The notes beneath the pieces were generated by a model. It ran no database searches. It was not told where the DNA came from and saw only the letters and a program-made list of their open reading frames with translations. The position numbers and the translations under genes were made by a program. A stretch of 64,000 bases of DNA from a virus, in IMG/VR virus record IMGVR_UViG_3300050821_006121, positions 1 through 64,000 of that record; one strand, given 5' to 3'. Below, piece after piece: positions 32,710 through 41,615 of this stretch; positions within the stretch are counted from its first letter, which is position 1; each line of letters begins with the position of its first letter.

Positions 32710-34666
32710 GCTAAAGGACTACCACCGAGGCGGCGAGCAGCTACCACTGATCGTCCCGCCATCGGCCTGGAAGGTGCCGACCGAACTGCCGGACCTTAGG
32801 CGCATGGGTATGATCGCGGTCGATACAGAGGGGCGTGATGATAGCATCGGTGCAGGTAGGGGATCTGGATGGGTCTATGGATCAGGTTTTATTTCTGGCG
32901 TCGCTGTAGCCTGGGATGGCGGTTCGCTCTACGCTCCCGTAAGGCATCCCGATACAGACTGCCTTGATTCGCAAAGGGTCGCGAACTGGCTTCGCGATCA
33001 CTTTGCGACACCTGACCTTAGGGTCATCATGCACCACGCGTCCCACGACGTGGGTTGGCTCAAGGCGGATTGGGGACTAGAGTCCCCAATCCGCCTTGAC
33101 GACACCGAGGGCATGGCCGCGATCATCGACGAGAACAGGCTCAAGTACAACCTCGATAGCCTCTGTGAATGGCGCGGCATCGCCGGGAAGGACGAGACCT
33201 TATTGAACGAGGCCGCCGCGGCCTATGGGGTCGATCCCAAGAGCGGCATGCACAAGCTACCGGCGCGCTTCGTTGGCTCCTATGCCGAGCAGGACGCCAC
33301 GTGTACGCTGGCCCTGGCCAAGTCGCTCGACCCGGTGCTGGACGAGGAGGGCACGCGCAAGGCCTACGAGCTTGAGATGGACCTAGTGCCCATGGTCCGG
33401 GAGATGCGGGCCCGTGGCATTCGGGTGGACCTGGACGCGGCACAGAGGGCCTATACGACGCTGATCGATCTGCGCAACGCGGTCTTCAGGGACCTGTGCG
33501 ATCGGCTCGATACCCGGGTCGGCATGGAGGAGATTGGGCGCACGTCGTGGCTGGAGCGAGTGTTCGACAAGGCCAAGATCACCTATCCTAGGACCGCGCC
33601 GACCAAGAATTTTCCCAATGGGCAGGCGTCCTTTAGGTCCGGGTCGCTTGGGTGGATGGACTCCCACCCCCACTGGCTGCCCCAACTGATCGTCAAGGCC
33701 GACCGCTACAATAACGCGGCCGAGAAGTTCGTCAAGAACTTCATTCTGGACTATGCCCACAAGGGCCGACTGCACGCGTCGATCAATCAGTACCGAGGCG
33801 AGGAGGGCGGCGCTCGCACGTCGCGGTTTTCCTATTCGGATCCGGCACTCCAGCAGATGCCGGCGCGGGATAAGGAGATTACGCCCTTGATTCGGGGGTG
33901 CTTTTTGCCGGAGGAGGGATGCGCGTGGCTCAAGGCAGACATTTCCCAAACCGAATATCGATTGATTGTCCATTTTGCCTCCCTGCTCAAGTTACCCAAG
34001 GCCGACGAGGCCGTTGCCAAGTACAGAGACAACCCCGACACGGACTTCCACAAGGATATTCAGGACTGGGGCACGCTCGACCGTGACGGTGCCAAGTCTC
34101 TGAACTTTGCCAAGGCGTACCGAGCGGGCATTCCCAGGTTCGCCCAACTACTCAAGAAAGACGAGTCGGAGGCCGAGGAATACTACGACCGCTACGATTC
34201 CGAGCGGCCCTACGTTCGTGGCTTGGCCGAATACTGTCAGCGCCTAGCCGAGCGCCGCGGCTATCTGACCTTGATCGACGGCGCCAGGATACATTTTGAT
34301 CGATGGGAACAGGCGTGGCGTCAGGGTGGTTACATCAATCCCAAGAGCCTGGAGGACGCGCGCAAAGCTTGGCCAGGGGAGAAATTACGACGCGCGTTCT
34401 GCTACCATGCCGTCAATTCGCTCGTCCAAGGTTCCGGAGCCCGGCAATCGAAGTTGGGCATACGCGCCTGCTGGCGCGAGGGGATTGTTCCTTTACTCCA
34501 GGTCCACGATGATCTAAATCGTAGCGTGTCCGATGAGCGCGAAGGCACATACATGGCTGAATTGATGCGCGATTGCATCAAGCTCAGTGTACCGATCAAG
34601 GTGGACCTTAAGTTTGGGCACAATTGGGCCGATGCTAAGCACAACTGGAAGGAGTTAAACAGATGA
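32696..34666 (+). CDS. polA: Family A DNA polymerase with 3'-5' exonuclease domain
   Basis: Exo motifs IAVDTEG and HHASHDVGWL. Pol motifs ADISQTEYRL (A), RDGAKSLNFAKAYRAG (B) and LLQVHDD (C). Confidence 0.9.
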   Translation: MAKAKLKDYHRGGEQLPLIVPPSAWKVPTELPDLRRMGMIAVDTEGRDDSIGAGRGSGWVYGSGFISGVAVAWDGGSLYAPVRHPDTDCLDSQRVANWLRDHFATPDLRVIMHHASHDVGWLKADWGLESPIRLDDTEGMAAIIDENRLKYNLDSLCEWRGIAGKDETLLNEAAAAYGVDPKSGMHKLPARFVGSYAEQDATCTLALAKSLDPVLDEEGTRKAYELEMDLVPMVREMRARGIRVDLDAAQRAYTTLIDLRNAVFRDLCDRLDTRVGMEEIGRTSWLERVFDKAKITYPRTAPTKNFPNGQASFRSGSLGWMDSHPHWLPQLIVKADRYNNAAEKFVKNFILDYAHKGRLHASINQYRGEEGGARTSRFSYSDPALQQMPARDKEITPLIRGCFLPEEGCAWLKADISQTEYRLIVHFASLLKLPKADEAVAKYRDNPDTDFHKDIQDWGTLDRDGAKSLNFAKAYRAGIPRFAQLLKKDESEAEEYYDRYDSERPYVRGLAEYCQRLAERRGYLTLIDGARIHFDRWEQAWRQGGYINPKSLEDARKAWPGEKLRRAFCYHAVNSLVQGSGARQSKLGIRACWREGIVPLLQVHDDLNRSVSDEREGTYMAELMRDCIKLSVPIKVDLKFGHNWADAKHNWKELNR

Positions 34667-35631
34667 CATTTTATCTTGGCAGTAAGGCCGACCACGCCAA
34701 CGACATTCTCAAGATTGTTCTGGCCAAGCGCAAGTCGGGCCAAACCTTTGTCGACGCCTTCACAGGTGGTGCCAACGTCATCTGCCGCGTGCCCAATACC
34801 GATGGCCCGCGCCTAGGTGCCGACATCAACCCCTACATGGTCGCGCTCCACACCGCACTGGCCAACGGCTGGCAGCCACCGTTAGCGGTGAGCGAGAAAG
34901 AGTACAACGCGATCAAGAAGAAGCCCCAGGACTTCCCAGCAGAGCTTGTGGGCTTCGTCGGCACCGGCTGCACCTTTGGCAGCATGTGGTTTTCGACTTA
35001 TGTGAAACCGGAAAAAGACAAGCCCACACGCTGCACCATTGCGCGTAACAACTGCCTGTGCACGGCTGAAGGACTCCGAGGTGCCAAGTTCGTCTGTTCT
35101 AGCTACGATCAACTGGAGATACCACCAAACTCTTTATGCTACCTCGACCCTCCATACAGCGGCACGACCGGCTACCTCGGCGCAAAGACCAAGATCGCCA
35201 TTGGCGAATCGCTGAACAAGAACGACTGGAACGCCAAGAAGTTCTGGCAATGGGCCGACCGCATGGTCGACCGGGGCCACACGGTCTTTGTCTCCGAGTA
35301 CAAAGGCCCCCAGGCCGAGGCCTACCCCACGCCGCCCCGGACCGATGCCCACAACGCCACCATGGCCGAGCTAAAGCAGCTCCAGGCCGACATGCAGGCC
35401 CTAGGCGACGCGCCCACGCCGGCCGATATGGTGGCCAAGCGCGAAGAACTGGCCTCCCGGTTGGCCGAACATGAAGCCGCACGTCGGGCGCCTTGTGAGG
35501 CTTTGGCGGCCCGCTGGAAGGTGGTCTGGGAGAAGGAGGTCAAGGTCAATTTTGCCGCGGTAAGCGTCGACGTCGAGACTGGCGAATCGGCCAAGACCGA
35601 GACTGAGAAGCTATTCCATCGCGAGGCCTGA
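34663..35631 (+). CDS. Dam-like N6-adenine DNA methyltransferase with C-terminal extension
   Basis: FVDAFTGGANV is motif I and CYLDPPY is motif IV. The C-terminal 100 aa form an Ala-rich coiled coil. Confidence 0.8.
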   Translation: MTFYLGSKADHANDILKIVLAKRKSGQTFVDAFTGGANVICRVPNTDGPRLGADINPYMVALHTALANGWQPPLAVSEKEYNAIKKKPQDFPAELVGFVGTGCTFGSMWFSTYVKPEKDKPTRCTIARNNCLCTAEGLRGAKFVCSSYDQLEIPPNSLCYLDPPYSGTTGYLGAKTKIAIGESLNKNDWNAKKFWQWADRMVDRGHTVFVSEYKGPQAEAYPTPPRTDAHNATMAELKQLQADMQALGDAPTPADMVAKREELASRLAEHEAARRAPCEALAARWKVVWEKEVKVNFAAVSVDVETGESAKTETEKLFHREA

Positions 35632-35641
35632 TCTTCGCTCT

Positions 35642-35670
35642 TTACTCTTGATTAGTTTTGGGCTATCCTG
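35642..35670 (+). promoter_or_regulatory. Phage promoter CTCTTTACT-N17-TATCCT
   Basis: Motif family member. Followed by SD AGGAG and the ATG at 35697. Confidence 0.45.
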
Positions 35671-35696
35671 TGATCATCGAAACACAGGAGCAGACC

Positions 35697-36197
35697 ATGC
35701 ACACCGATCTATCGACCAAGCCAGACTTCAGCCAACTGAGCGGCCAGGACCTGGTCCGCTACAACAACGCCATGGTGCGGGAAATCCTGGCCACGGGGCT
35801 CACCGGCTATCGCGAGGTGACCATCTTCCAGAACAAGGAAGCAGGCATTAAGCGGTGCGAGGCCAACTGGTCGTCCCTGGTCTGCGGCCGGGCCAACGTG
35901 GCGGCCGAGACCAAGGAAGCGGCCAAGCGGACCATGCCCGAACCGGGGCGCTCGCCGATCGCTGAGAGCGTGCTCAAGAAGCCCCGCACGCCGAAGCCGG
36001 CGATCGATACCGCAGTGGTCAAGATCGACAAGCCCTTGATGCTCAAGGCCATGCTGGAGCGTGGGGCTACCGTCGACGCCATGTGTGCGGCCCTGGGTTG
36101 GCAGGCCCATACACTTCGGGCGCGGATCAGTACGTCGGGGATCAAGGTTACGCGGACCCGGGTCGATGGCGTGACCAGCTATCGGGTCAAGAGCTGA
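35697..36197 (+). CDS. DUF3489-like protein
   Basis: C-terminal ..ATVDAMCAALGWQAHTLRARIS..G..TSYRV matches the DUF3489 pattern common in alphaproteobacteria. Confidence 0.6.
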   Translation: MHTDLSTKPDFSQLSGQDLVRYNNAMVREILATGLTGYREVTIFQNKEAGIKRCEANWSSLVCGRANVAAETKEAAKRTMPEPGRSPIAESVLKKPRTPKPAIDTAVVKIDKPLMLKAMLERGATVDAMCAALGWQAHTLRARISTSGIKVTRTRVDGVTSYRVKS

Positions 36198-36586
36198 GCA
36201 ATACGGGTCCAGTCCCACCGGGCTGGACCCCCGTTCCACATCCACAAGTCATCAAGCGGCGTCATCTGCAGGCCGCGCAGGCCGTGGGTCTTGAGTTCCG
36301 CAGCCCAACGGCCCCACACCATCCAGAGCTCATCGTCCTTGCGGCGCACGCATATCCACACCCTCCCGCCATGGCGGATCCTGCGGAGCGTCCAGCCAAT
36401 TTGTTCAGGCCTGAGCGGCACGGCCCATCCGGAAACTTTCTTGTGTTCCAGCCATCCTTCATAGCCCTTGTGGCAATAGTTATCATCGGGAGTTCCCCTC
36501 CCGGTTCCTCCAGTCTCTATCGCCTGGAGATCGAAACCGGGAAGGTTGCGCCTGAATATCACCCTGAGGTCGCCGTCGCGGGCCAC
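36179..36586 (-). CDS. VRR-NUC / PD-(D/E)xK nuclease
   Basis: GTPDDNY..GWLEHKK fits the D..ExK pattern. 135 aa. Confidence 0.55.
   Translation of the reverse strand: MARDGDLRVIFRRNLPGFDLQAIETGGTGRGTPDDNYCHKGYEGWLEHKKVSGWAVPLRPEQIGWTLRRIRHGGRVWICVRRKDDELWMVWGRWAAELKTHGLRGLQMTPLDDLWMWNGGPARWDWTRIAQLLTR
36205..36230. terminator. Hairpin at the convergent junction (candidate bidirectional terminator)
   Basis: 8-bp stem GGGTCCAG/CTGGACCC. It lies within the 3' end of the minus-strand gene. Confidence 0.3.
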
Positions 36587-36587
36587 G

Positions 36588-36725
36588 TTACCCCACCCAA
36601 TAGTGCCAGGAGTAAAGGATCAGGGGCCACCAGAATAGGGCGCCGATCAGGAACTCTAGGGCAACTAGGGCCGCGGCGGCGCTCCAGTCGTCCAGGTCGT
36701 CGTAGCCGTCGAACTTCTTCTTCAC
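36588..36725 (-). CDS. Small C-terminally anchored membrane protein
   Basis: GTGA overlap with the upstream RHH gene. TM segment LVALEFLIGALFWWPLILY. Confidence 0.3.
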   Translation of the reverse strand: MKKKFDGYDDLDDWSAAAALVALEFLIGALFWWPLILYSWHYWVG

Positions 36726-36928
36726 TTGATCCTCCCGTCGATGGTCCGGGCCAGCACCATCTCGATCTGCGAGCTCAGGGTCCGCTTCTTGGACACGGCC
36801 TCGGACTTGACCCAGTCGAATATCCACTCGTCCATCCGCACCAGGACCTGGCTCTTGCCCGACGGCCTGTTCTTGCGCCGGCCGTGGGCCTCCCTGGTCC
36901 TGGTGGTGTAGTCCCGGGCCTCAGGCAT
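36722..36928 (-). CDS. Ribbon-helix-helix (Arc/CopG-like) DNA-binding protein
   Basis: VLVRMDEWIFDWVKSEAV..RTLSSQIEMVL fits the RHH beta-alpha-alpha pattern. Confidence 0.55.
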   Translation of the reverse strand: MPEARDYTTRTREAHGRRKNRPSGKSQVLVRMDEWIFDWVKSEAVSKKRTLSSQIEMVLARTIDGRIK

Positions 36929-37211
36929 CGGAGGCCTCCCTGATCGGCACGGGAGCCTCGAACGGGGGCGGGGGGCGCGTGCACCTGAGCGCCGTGGGGT
37001 AACACCAGTCCAGGTCGTGGGTCGACGGGAGGGCGCTGAACTTCTCGGGGGTGGGGCCCGCTAGCAGGCTGCCGCTGTCGAGGTTCCTGGCCAGGCAGAC
37101 CCGGTTCCAGAACACCCAGGCGTCCATGGCTCGGTCCTCCTCGCCGTTGTCCTGGGAGAGGTTGCGCCACTCGGCGAGCTCGGCTTGGGTCAGCTGGTGC
37201 TTTTGTCGCAT
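36921..37211 (-). CDS. Hypothetical protein
   Basis: 96-aa ORF in the minus-strand operon with high GC3. Confidence 0.5.
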   Translation of the reverse strand: MRQKHQLTQAELAEWRNLSQDNGEEDRAMDAWVFWNRVCLARNLDSGSLLAGPTPEKFSALPSTHDLDWCYPTALRCTRPPPPFEAPVPIREASDA

Positions 37212-37234
37212 ATCAATCTCCTGTTAATTGGCCA

Positions 37235-37594
37235 TTAGCGCGTTAAAGCGACTATCCGATCATCCTCGATCGAAAACGGTCCTTTGCGTCCCCATACTTG
37301 CAAGTAAACCTCGTCGGCAAGTTCGGGGCGCCGCAGGATTGCCTCTCCGACGCCGTTGATGCCGAAGTATGTAGCGCCTTTTTCCTTCATCATGCCATTG
37401 TTACCGCCGTAGGTAATCGAGACCGCTACATGATCGAGAAGTTGGCGTAACACCTTCCAATTGGTCTGCCGGTTTCCGCAGTAAACGGCGATGCCCTCCG
37501 CGACGAGATCGCAATCGTCATCTTCGGCAAGTTCTTTCAAAACTCGTATGGCGGCTTTGGTCAACATCCCGGCTAATCGCTTAGTAGTCGCCAT
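37235..37594 (-). CDS. Hypothetical protein
   Basis: 119-aa ORF in a lower-GC segment. Confidence 0.55.
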   Translation of the reverse strand: MATTKRLAGMLTKAAIRVLKELAEDDDCDLVAEGIAVYCGNRQTNWKVLRQLLDHVAVSITYGGNNGMMKEKGATYFGINGVGEAILRRPELADEVYLQVWGRKGPFSIEDDRIVALTR

Positions 37595-37784
37595 CTTGCA
37601 GCACGAATGCTCGCGGCGCTTCGGTATTGATACGACGTAGCGTAAATGGCTTGGCGCCGTCCAGGCCGTGCGTTTTCAGTTCGGCGGCCAAGAGGGCCCG
37701 CGCCTGATCCTCGCTATCGGCGACCACCACAGACGCGACGCCGACCCAATGGCCGTCATGATCTGTGCAGGTGTAGATGTTCAT
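37581..37784 (-). CDS. Hypothetical protein
   Basis: 67-aa ORF overlapping both neighbours by a few nt. Confidence 0.5.
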   Translation of the reverse strand: MNIYTCTDHDGHWVGVASVVVADSEDQARALLAAELKTHGLDGAKPFTLRRINTEAPRAFVLQDGDY

Positions 37785-38176
37785 TTGCTTTCCCCCGCTG
37801 TCTGCTCATCTGTCGTCGCGAGTGCTACTGTAGCGAGCCGCCGGCATGTCTCATGGGCATCGCGATTGCCGCGCCAATAGTTCTCGCCGATCTCTGAACC
37901 GCTGAAAGTAGTGAGCTTAATGACCTCAAGCGCCTTCCTTAACGCCGCGATCTCCTTCTTTTGGTCTGCAATCTTTTCCCCCTGCAGCCGCATTCCGTCC
38001 ACGTCCGAATTGTGGACGGCAATCATGCTGCGAATCTCGGCATCCTTCTCCGCGATCACCTTCGCGTCGGATTCGATCTTGGCGGCGGCCTCCTGGCAAC
38101 GACAACCAAAAGGACAAAGTTCGCCTGGGTCTGATTTAAAAAACCACGGCTCGTATCGAGGATTAAAATCACTCAT
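37781..38176 (-). CDS. Coiled-coil hypothetical protein
   Basis: The ATG at 38176 with SD AGGAAG is preferred over the longer ORF reaching 38329. Confidence 0.5.
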   Translation of the reverse strand: MSDFNPRYEPWFFKSDPGELCPFGCRCQEAAAKIESDAKVIAEKDAEIRSMIAVHNSDVDGMRLQGEKIADQKKEIAALRKALEVIKLTTFSGSEIGENYWRGNRDAHETCRRLATVALATTDEQTAGESK

Positions 38177-38192
38177 ATTTTCTTCCTGATGT

Positions 38193-38396
38193 TCAGGGAT
38201 CAGCATTCGCGAGATGTGCTCGAACACAATCCGAATAGGCAAATTTCTGAGGGCACGGCTGCGGCGGACAATCGTCGGGATGACAGGTGCAGTTGACTGT
38301 CTGCCGTTCTGGGCAGCACGAAATGGCACGCGGATGTCGAGCTAGAATCTGTTCCAGAGTTCCGAAGAATCCGCAATTCTGACAGCGCTCAGTCAT
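38193..38396 (-). CDS. Cys-rich small protein
   Basis: 67 aa with 10 Cys (CQNCG..CC..C.C..C..C). Confidence 0.5.
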   Translation of the reverse strand: MTERCQNCGFFGTLEQILARHPRAISCCPERQTVNCTCHPDDCPPQPCPQKFAYSDCVRAHLANADP

Positions 38397-38419
38397 GATC
38401 TTTCCCGACTATCTCGGCG

Positions 38420-38605
38420 TTACTCTGGGTCCATTCGTTGACATCCGCATGTCTCGCAGACCTCTGCGCCCCAGGCAACTTCGGCATTGCACTCGAAGCA
38501 GCGCGTCATCCAGAGACCCAGGTTTGCGATTTGCACGCTGGCCGGAACGCTTTTGAGGCGTTCTCGCATGGCGGCAATCTTTGCTTCACGTTCCTGCTGT
38601 GTCAT
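38420..38605 (-). CDS. Zinc-ribbon small protein
   Basis: 61 aa with CFEC..16..CETCGC. Confidence 0.5.
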   Translation of the reverse strand: MTQQEREAKIAAMRERLKSVPASVQIANLGLWMTRCFECNAEVAWGAEVCETCGCQRMDPE

Positions 38606-38607
38606 CG

Positions 38608-38805
38608 TTACTCTCCGGCCGGCATGGCGTTGGGCATCCCTGTCTTGTCGTAGAAGGCGTTGAGAATTTCGAGGTCATGTGACCATTGATCGCCAGCCAC
38701 AGCACCAAAGACCTTGGACACCTTCATTTTTGGAACGAGCTTCGCCGGAACTCGAACGCGAATGACCATCATGTAGCTCTTTGCTTTCTTGCGTTTCTTC
38801 GCCAC
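38608..38805 (-). CDS. Hypothetical basic protein
   Basis: 65-aa ORF beginning MAKKRKKAK. Confidence 0.5.
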   Translation of the reverse strand: MAKKRKKAKSYMMVIRVRVPAKLVPKMKVSKVFGAVAGDQWSHDLEILNAFYDKTGMPNAMPAGE

Positions 38806-38927
38806 ATCACTCTCCTACTTGTGGGGGTTTAACGGACTCTTTTGCATGTATGCGAGGTCGTCACCCATTTGCGGCAAGAGCAACACCAGATCGTTCCACG
38901 CATAAGGCTTCTCCGGTATATGTGATG

Positions 38928-39032
38928 TTAGTGGACGAGATTACCAAACGAATCCCGCACCTCGATGAGGTACATGCCGATGTACCCCTCCCACCATTTC
39001 ATTTGCCGATTCCATATCCACTGGATGTTCAT
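38928..39032 (-). CDS. Tiny Trp-rich ORF (34 aa)
   Basis: Internal ATG with a GAGG SD, within the 38928..39221 ORF. Speculative. Confidence 0.2.
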   Translation of the reverse strand: MNIQWIWNRQMKWWEGYIGMYLIEVRDSFGNLVH

Positions 39033-39042
39033 TTTCAGGCCT

Positions 39043-39264
39043 CTAATCGAAAGGAATATCCCGACGCATTTCTCGCTCAATCCAACGGTCAATACGCCAC
39101 AGCTTGAAAGCAAAATGCCAAAGACGCCAGCGCCAAACGCGGCCAGTCTCATTGCTGCCGTCTGGATTGCAGCACTCACATTCGGACCACTCGTCCCAAT
39201 AGTCCTTGCTGCTGCTTTCACTAGCGCAGTGGGGGCATTCTGGGCATATTAGGTGCTTCAACAT
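39043..39264 (-). CDS. Cys-rich small protein
   Basis: 73 aa with CPECPHC..CECC. Confidence 0.5.
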   Translation of the reverse strand: MLKHLICPECPHCASESSSKDYWDEWSECECCNPDGSNETGRVWRWRLWHFAFKLWRIDRWIEREMRRDIPFD

Positions 39265-39280
39265 GGGCGTTGACTACTGA

Positions 39281-39493
39281 TTAGCCGGTGCGCGTGAGGG
39301 ATGTATCAAGCGGGTGCCGGCGCCACTCAAGCGGGATGAACGGAATGCGGGTGCCGTTGGCGGTATTGATCCATCCGGGCGCCGAGCCAATAAAGCCGCC
39401 ATCCCAATAAGCCAGTGCCTCAAGGGCACCGCGGCTGATGATAACCCACGTTCCGTTTTTTGGCGCCGTATCGATCGGTTGCTTTTCGTTCAT
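39281..39493 (-). CDS. DUF551-like protein
   Basis: ATG at 39493 with SD GGGAGA. The pattern PIDTAPKNGTWVII...AYWDG...W...I..IPLEW resembles DUF551. Confidence 0.5.
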   Translation of the reverse strand: MNEKQPIDTAPKNGTWVIISRGALEALAYWDGGFIGSAPGWINTANGTRIPFIPLEWRRHPLDTSLTRTG

Positions 39494-39518
39494 GGGTTTT
39501 CTCCCTGCTTTGGACGGG

Positions 39519-39830
39519 TTAACCGGCTTCGCTTTGCTGTGACACTTCCCTGTCATAGCGTTCGATTTCAGCAGCTATCAGTGCGGCCGCCCGAACAAGA
39601 TCGCGACGGAAATCTTTTGGCTTCCACCATTCCTGCGACCAAGGCCATGTGCGCGGAGCGTTCGATAATGGAACGCCGGGCATGAACACTCGCTGCCGAG
39701 CGGCAAGAGCGTAGCAAGCGCCCGCAAGAGCAAGCTCGCCGGCCGAATGTTCGTCATCATGCGTGGCATCCCAGCCTTCGACTTCGACTTGCCGTTTCCG
39801 TTCCGCTGCAATGTCCTCAATGGCACTCAC
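39519..39830 (-). CDS. Hypothetical conserved phage protein
   Basis: 103-aa ORF containing EGWDATHDDEHSAGELALAGACYA. Confidence 0.55.
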   Translation of the reverse strand: MSAIEDIAAERKRQVEVEGWDATHDDEHSAGELALAGACYALAARQRVFMPGVPLSNAPRTWPWSQEWWKPKDFRRDLVRAAALIAAEIERYDREVSQQSEAG

Positions 39831-39875
39831 GGTTTTTTCTCCATGCTTGTCGGCGGTTAGTGCCTATTCGGCGGC

Positions 39876-40214
39876 CTAAAACGGCATTTCGCTTTCGTCC
39901 ACTTGACCGGGTTGTTGCTGCCATTCCTGTTCGCCGAGGATGCGCTGTTGCTCGGCCTCGTAGGCTTGCTGCATTTCCCATTCTTCGCGCTCGCTAGATT
40001 CTTGCCGGCGCCGAGCGGCAGCGCGTTCTTCGGCAATCTGTTCTTCGCGGTATGCAAATTCCCGACCATATTCGCGTCGATAGGTCTCGTTGCCTTCATC
40101 GCAGTCGTAGGGATGCCGATATCGGCGGTCGCCATTTTCAGCGTCATATGATGCGTCAGAACGGGCGCGACGGCGCGCTTCCCATTCATCTGGGCAGTCG
40201 TAGCGATGGCTCAT
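39876..40214 (-). CDS. Highly charged Arg/Glu-rich protein ending ..DESEMPF
   Basis: 112-aa ORF with strong low-complexity charge content. Confidence 0.5.
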   Translation of the reverse strand: MSHRYDCPDEWEARRRARSDASYDAENGDRRYRHPYDCDEGNETYRREYGREFAYREEQIAEERAAARRRQESSEREEWEMQQAYEAEQQRILGEQEWQQQPGQVDESEMPF

Positions 40215-40237
40215 ATCTTCCTCCTACTTACGTCCTG

Positions 40238-40642
40238 TTATTGCCCAGGTGTTGCGATAATTAGATCGTCGGAAGAAAAACCATCCGTGCAATCACCGTC
40301 GCTCTTGGGTGGCCAGTGGTCTGAGACACCGATCGACATGCCCCCTCCAGGAAGCGCGCGGATAAAGCAGACAAAGCCCTTCCAGTCGCGCCACTCTCCG
40401 AAACGGTCAATGAAATTCGGAGATACAGACACGCTCTGGCCGATCTGTGGAACAGCGATGGCGGCTCCAATTCTATGAAGCGCATCGAAGGCGGATTTTT
40501 GTTCTCTGTCGCAATACTCGGTCCACGGCTCTCCGCTCTTAATGACCGAGGATAGAAAGCTAAGCGTGGTGGCCGCGATCCCGATGTCGTGCTGCATGCT
40601 CATGGCTGTTAACCCCGTGTTAGCGGCCACCTTCACCCCCAC
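40238..40642 (-). CDS. Hypothetical protein
   Basis: 134-aa ORF. The start is uncertain: GTG at 40642 or ATG at 40602. Confidence 0.5.
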   Translation of the reverse strand: MGVKVAANTGLTAMSMQHDIGIAATTLSFLSSVIKSGEPWTEYCDREQKSAFDALHRIGAAIAVPQIGQSVSVSPNFIDRFGEWRDWKGFVCFIRALPGGGMSIGVSDHWPPKSDGDCTDGFSSDDLIIATPGQ

Positions 40643-40947
40643 CTAGGCACCCGGGCGAGGGCCGCCTCGTGGGCCTCCCCGGCCGAGGCCGCGAACGCGT
40701 CCTCCTTCATCCCCAGGCCCACGGCTATGGCCGCGGCCACGTGGAGCAGGGTGCCCACGAAGGCGCCGCCCACGGCGGTCTTGGGCAGCGCCGGGAGGCG
40801 CGAGCGCTCGGCCGCGTAGAGGTCCCTGTAGGCCTGGAACATCGGGCCGTAGGCGCGCTCGACCACGCCCTGGAGGGCGCGATTGAGCTCGTCGCGCATG
40901 GCCATCTGCCGGGCCTCGGCGTCGTCGGGGGTGTCGGTCACAGGCAC
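40633..40947 (-). CDS. Hypothetical protein
   Basis: 104-aa ORF with high GC3. Confidence 0.55.
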   Translation of the reverse strand: MPVTDTPDDAEARQMAMRDELNRALQGVVERAYGPMFQAYRDLYAAERSRLPALPKTAVGGAFVGTLLHVAAAIAVGLGMKEDAFAASAGEAHEAALARVPRWG

Positions 40948-41258
40948 GACCTGGCCCTCTCCAGGGCGGAGCCGAACGTCCTGGGACGACTGATGGCGAT
41001 GATACCGCTACAGGGGCCGTCTCCGCCGCTGTCGTTGCACCGCTTGTAGTACGGCCGTCCCCCGTCGGGGGGCCAGGTGCACATGTCGCTGTAGCTCAGG
41101 CCCATCGACGCGGCGTAGAGTCCCATCAGACATCCGCCATTGGTGCACTCCCAGTCGTATTCGGTCGCCGGGTCCTGGGTCTCCAGCCACGCGATCAGGC
41201 CCCGCAGGCTGGGGGTCTTTGTCGCTGCCTCGCCGTGCTTCTTCTCGTCTAGGAACAT
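40938..41258 (-). CDS. Hypothetical protein
   Basis: The ATG at 41258 with SD GGAGG is preferred over 41288. Confidence 0.5.
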   Translation of the reverse strand: MFLDEKKHGEAATKTPSLRGLIAWLETQDPATEYDWECTNGGCLMGLYAASMGLSYSDMCTWPPDGGRPYYKRCNDSGGDGPCSGIIAISRPRTFGSALERARSCL

Positions 41259-41272
41259 GGTGGTCCTCCGTG

Positions 41273-41614
41273 CTATTGCCGCAGCCAATCTTCCGGACTC
41301 ATGGGGGTAGCGATCACGTCGTGGCCGTGGCTGCGCGCCATCAAGTCCACCCTATCACTCTGGACCAGGACAGTAAAGCGCGCTTTTTCGATCGCGAAAT
41401 AGTAGGCGCCCTCCCGGCAATAGAGCGGGTCGGAGCGCATGCGGTGGTACTCGCCGCGCATCCGTTCGCGCTCGCAGGCGTTCTCGCCCTCCAGTCGAAG
41501 GATCGCTTGATCCTTCGACTTGTAGGCATCGAGCAGGATGTCCAGCAGGCGGTCCTCAGATATGTCGTCGAAGGTGATGTTCAGGGCCTCTAGTATCTTG
41601 GTCTTTACGGTCAT
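41273..41614 (-). CDS. Hypothetical protein
   Basis: 113-aa ORF. Confidence 0.55.
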   Translation of the reverse strand: MTVKTKILEALNITFDDISEDRLLDILLDAYKSKDQAILRLEGENACERERMRGEYHRMRSDPLYCREGAYYFAIEKARFTVLVQSDRVDLMARSHGHDVIATPMSPEDWLRQ

Positions 41615-41615
41615 T

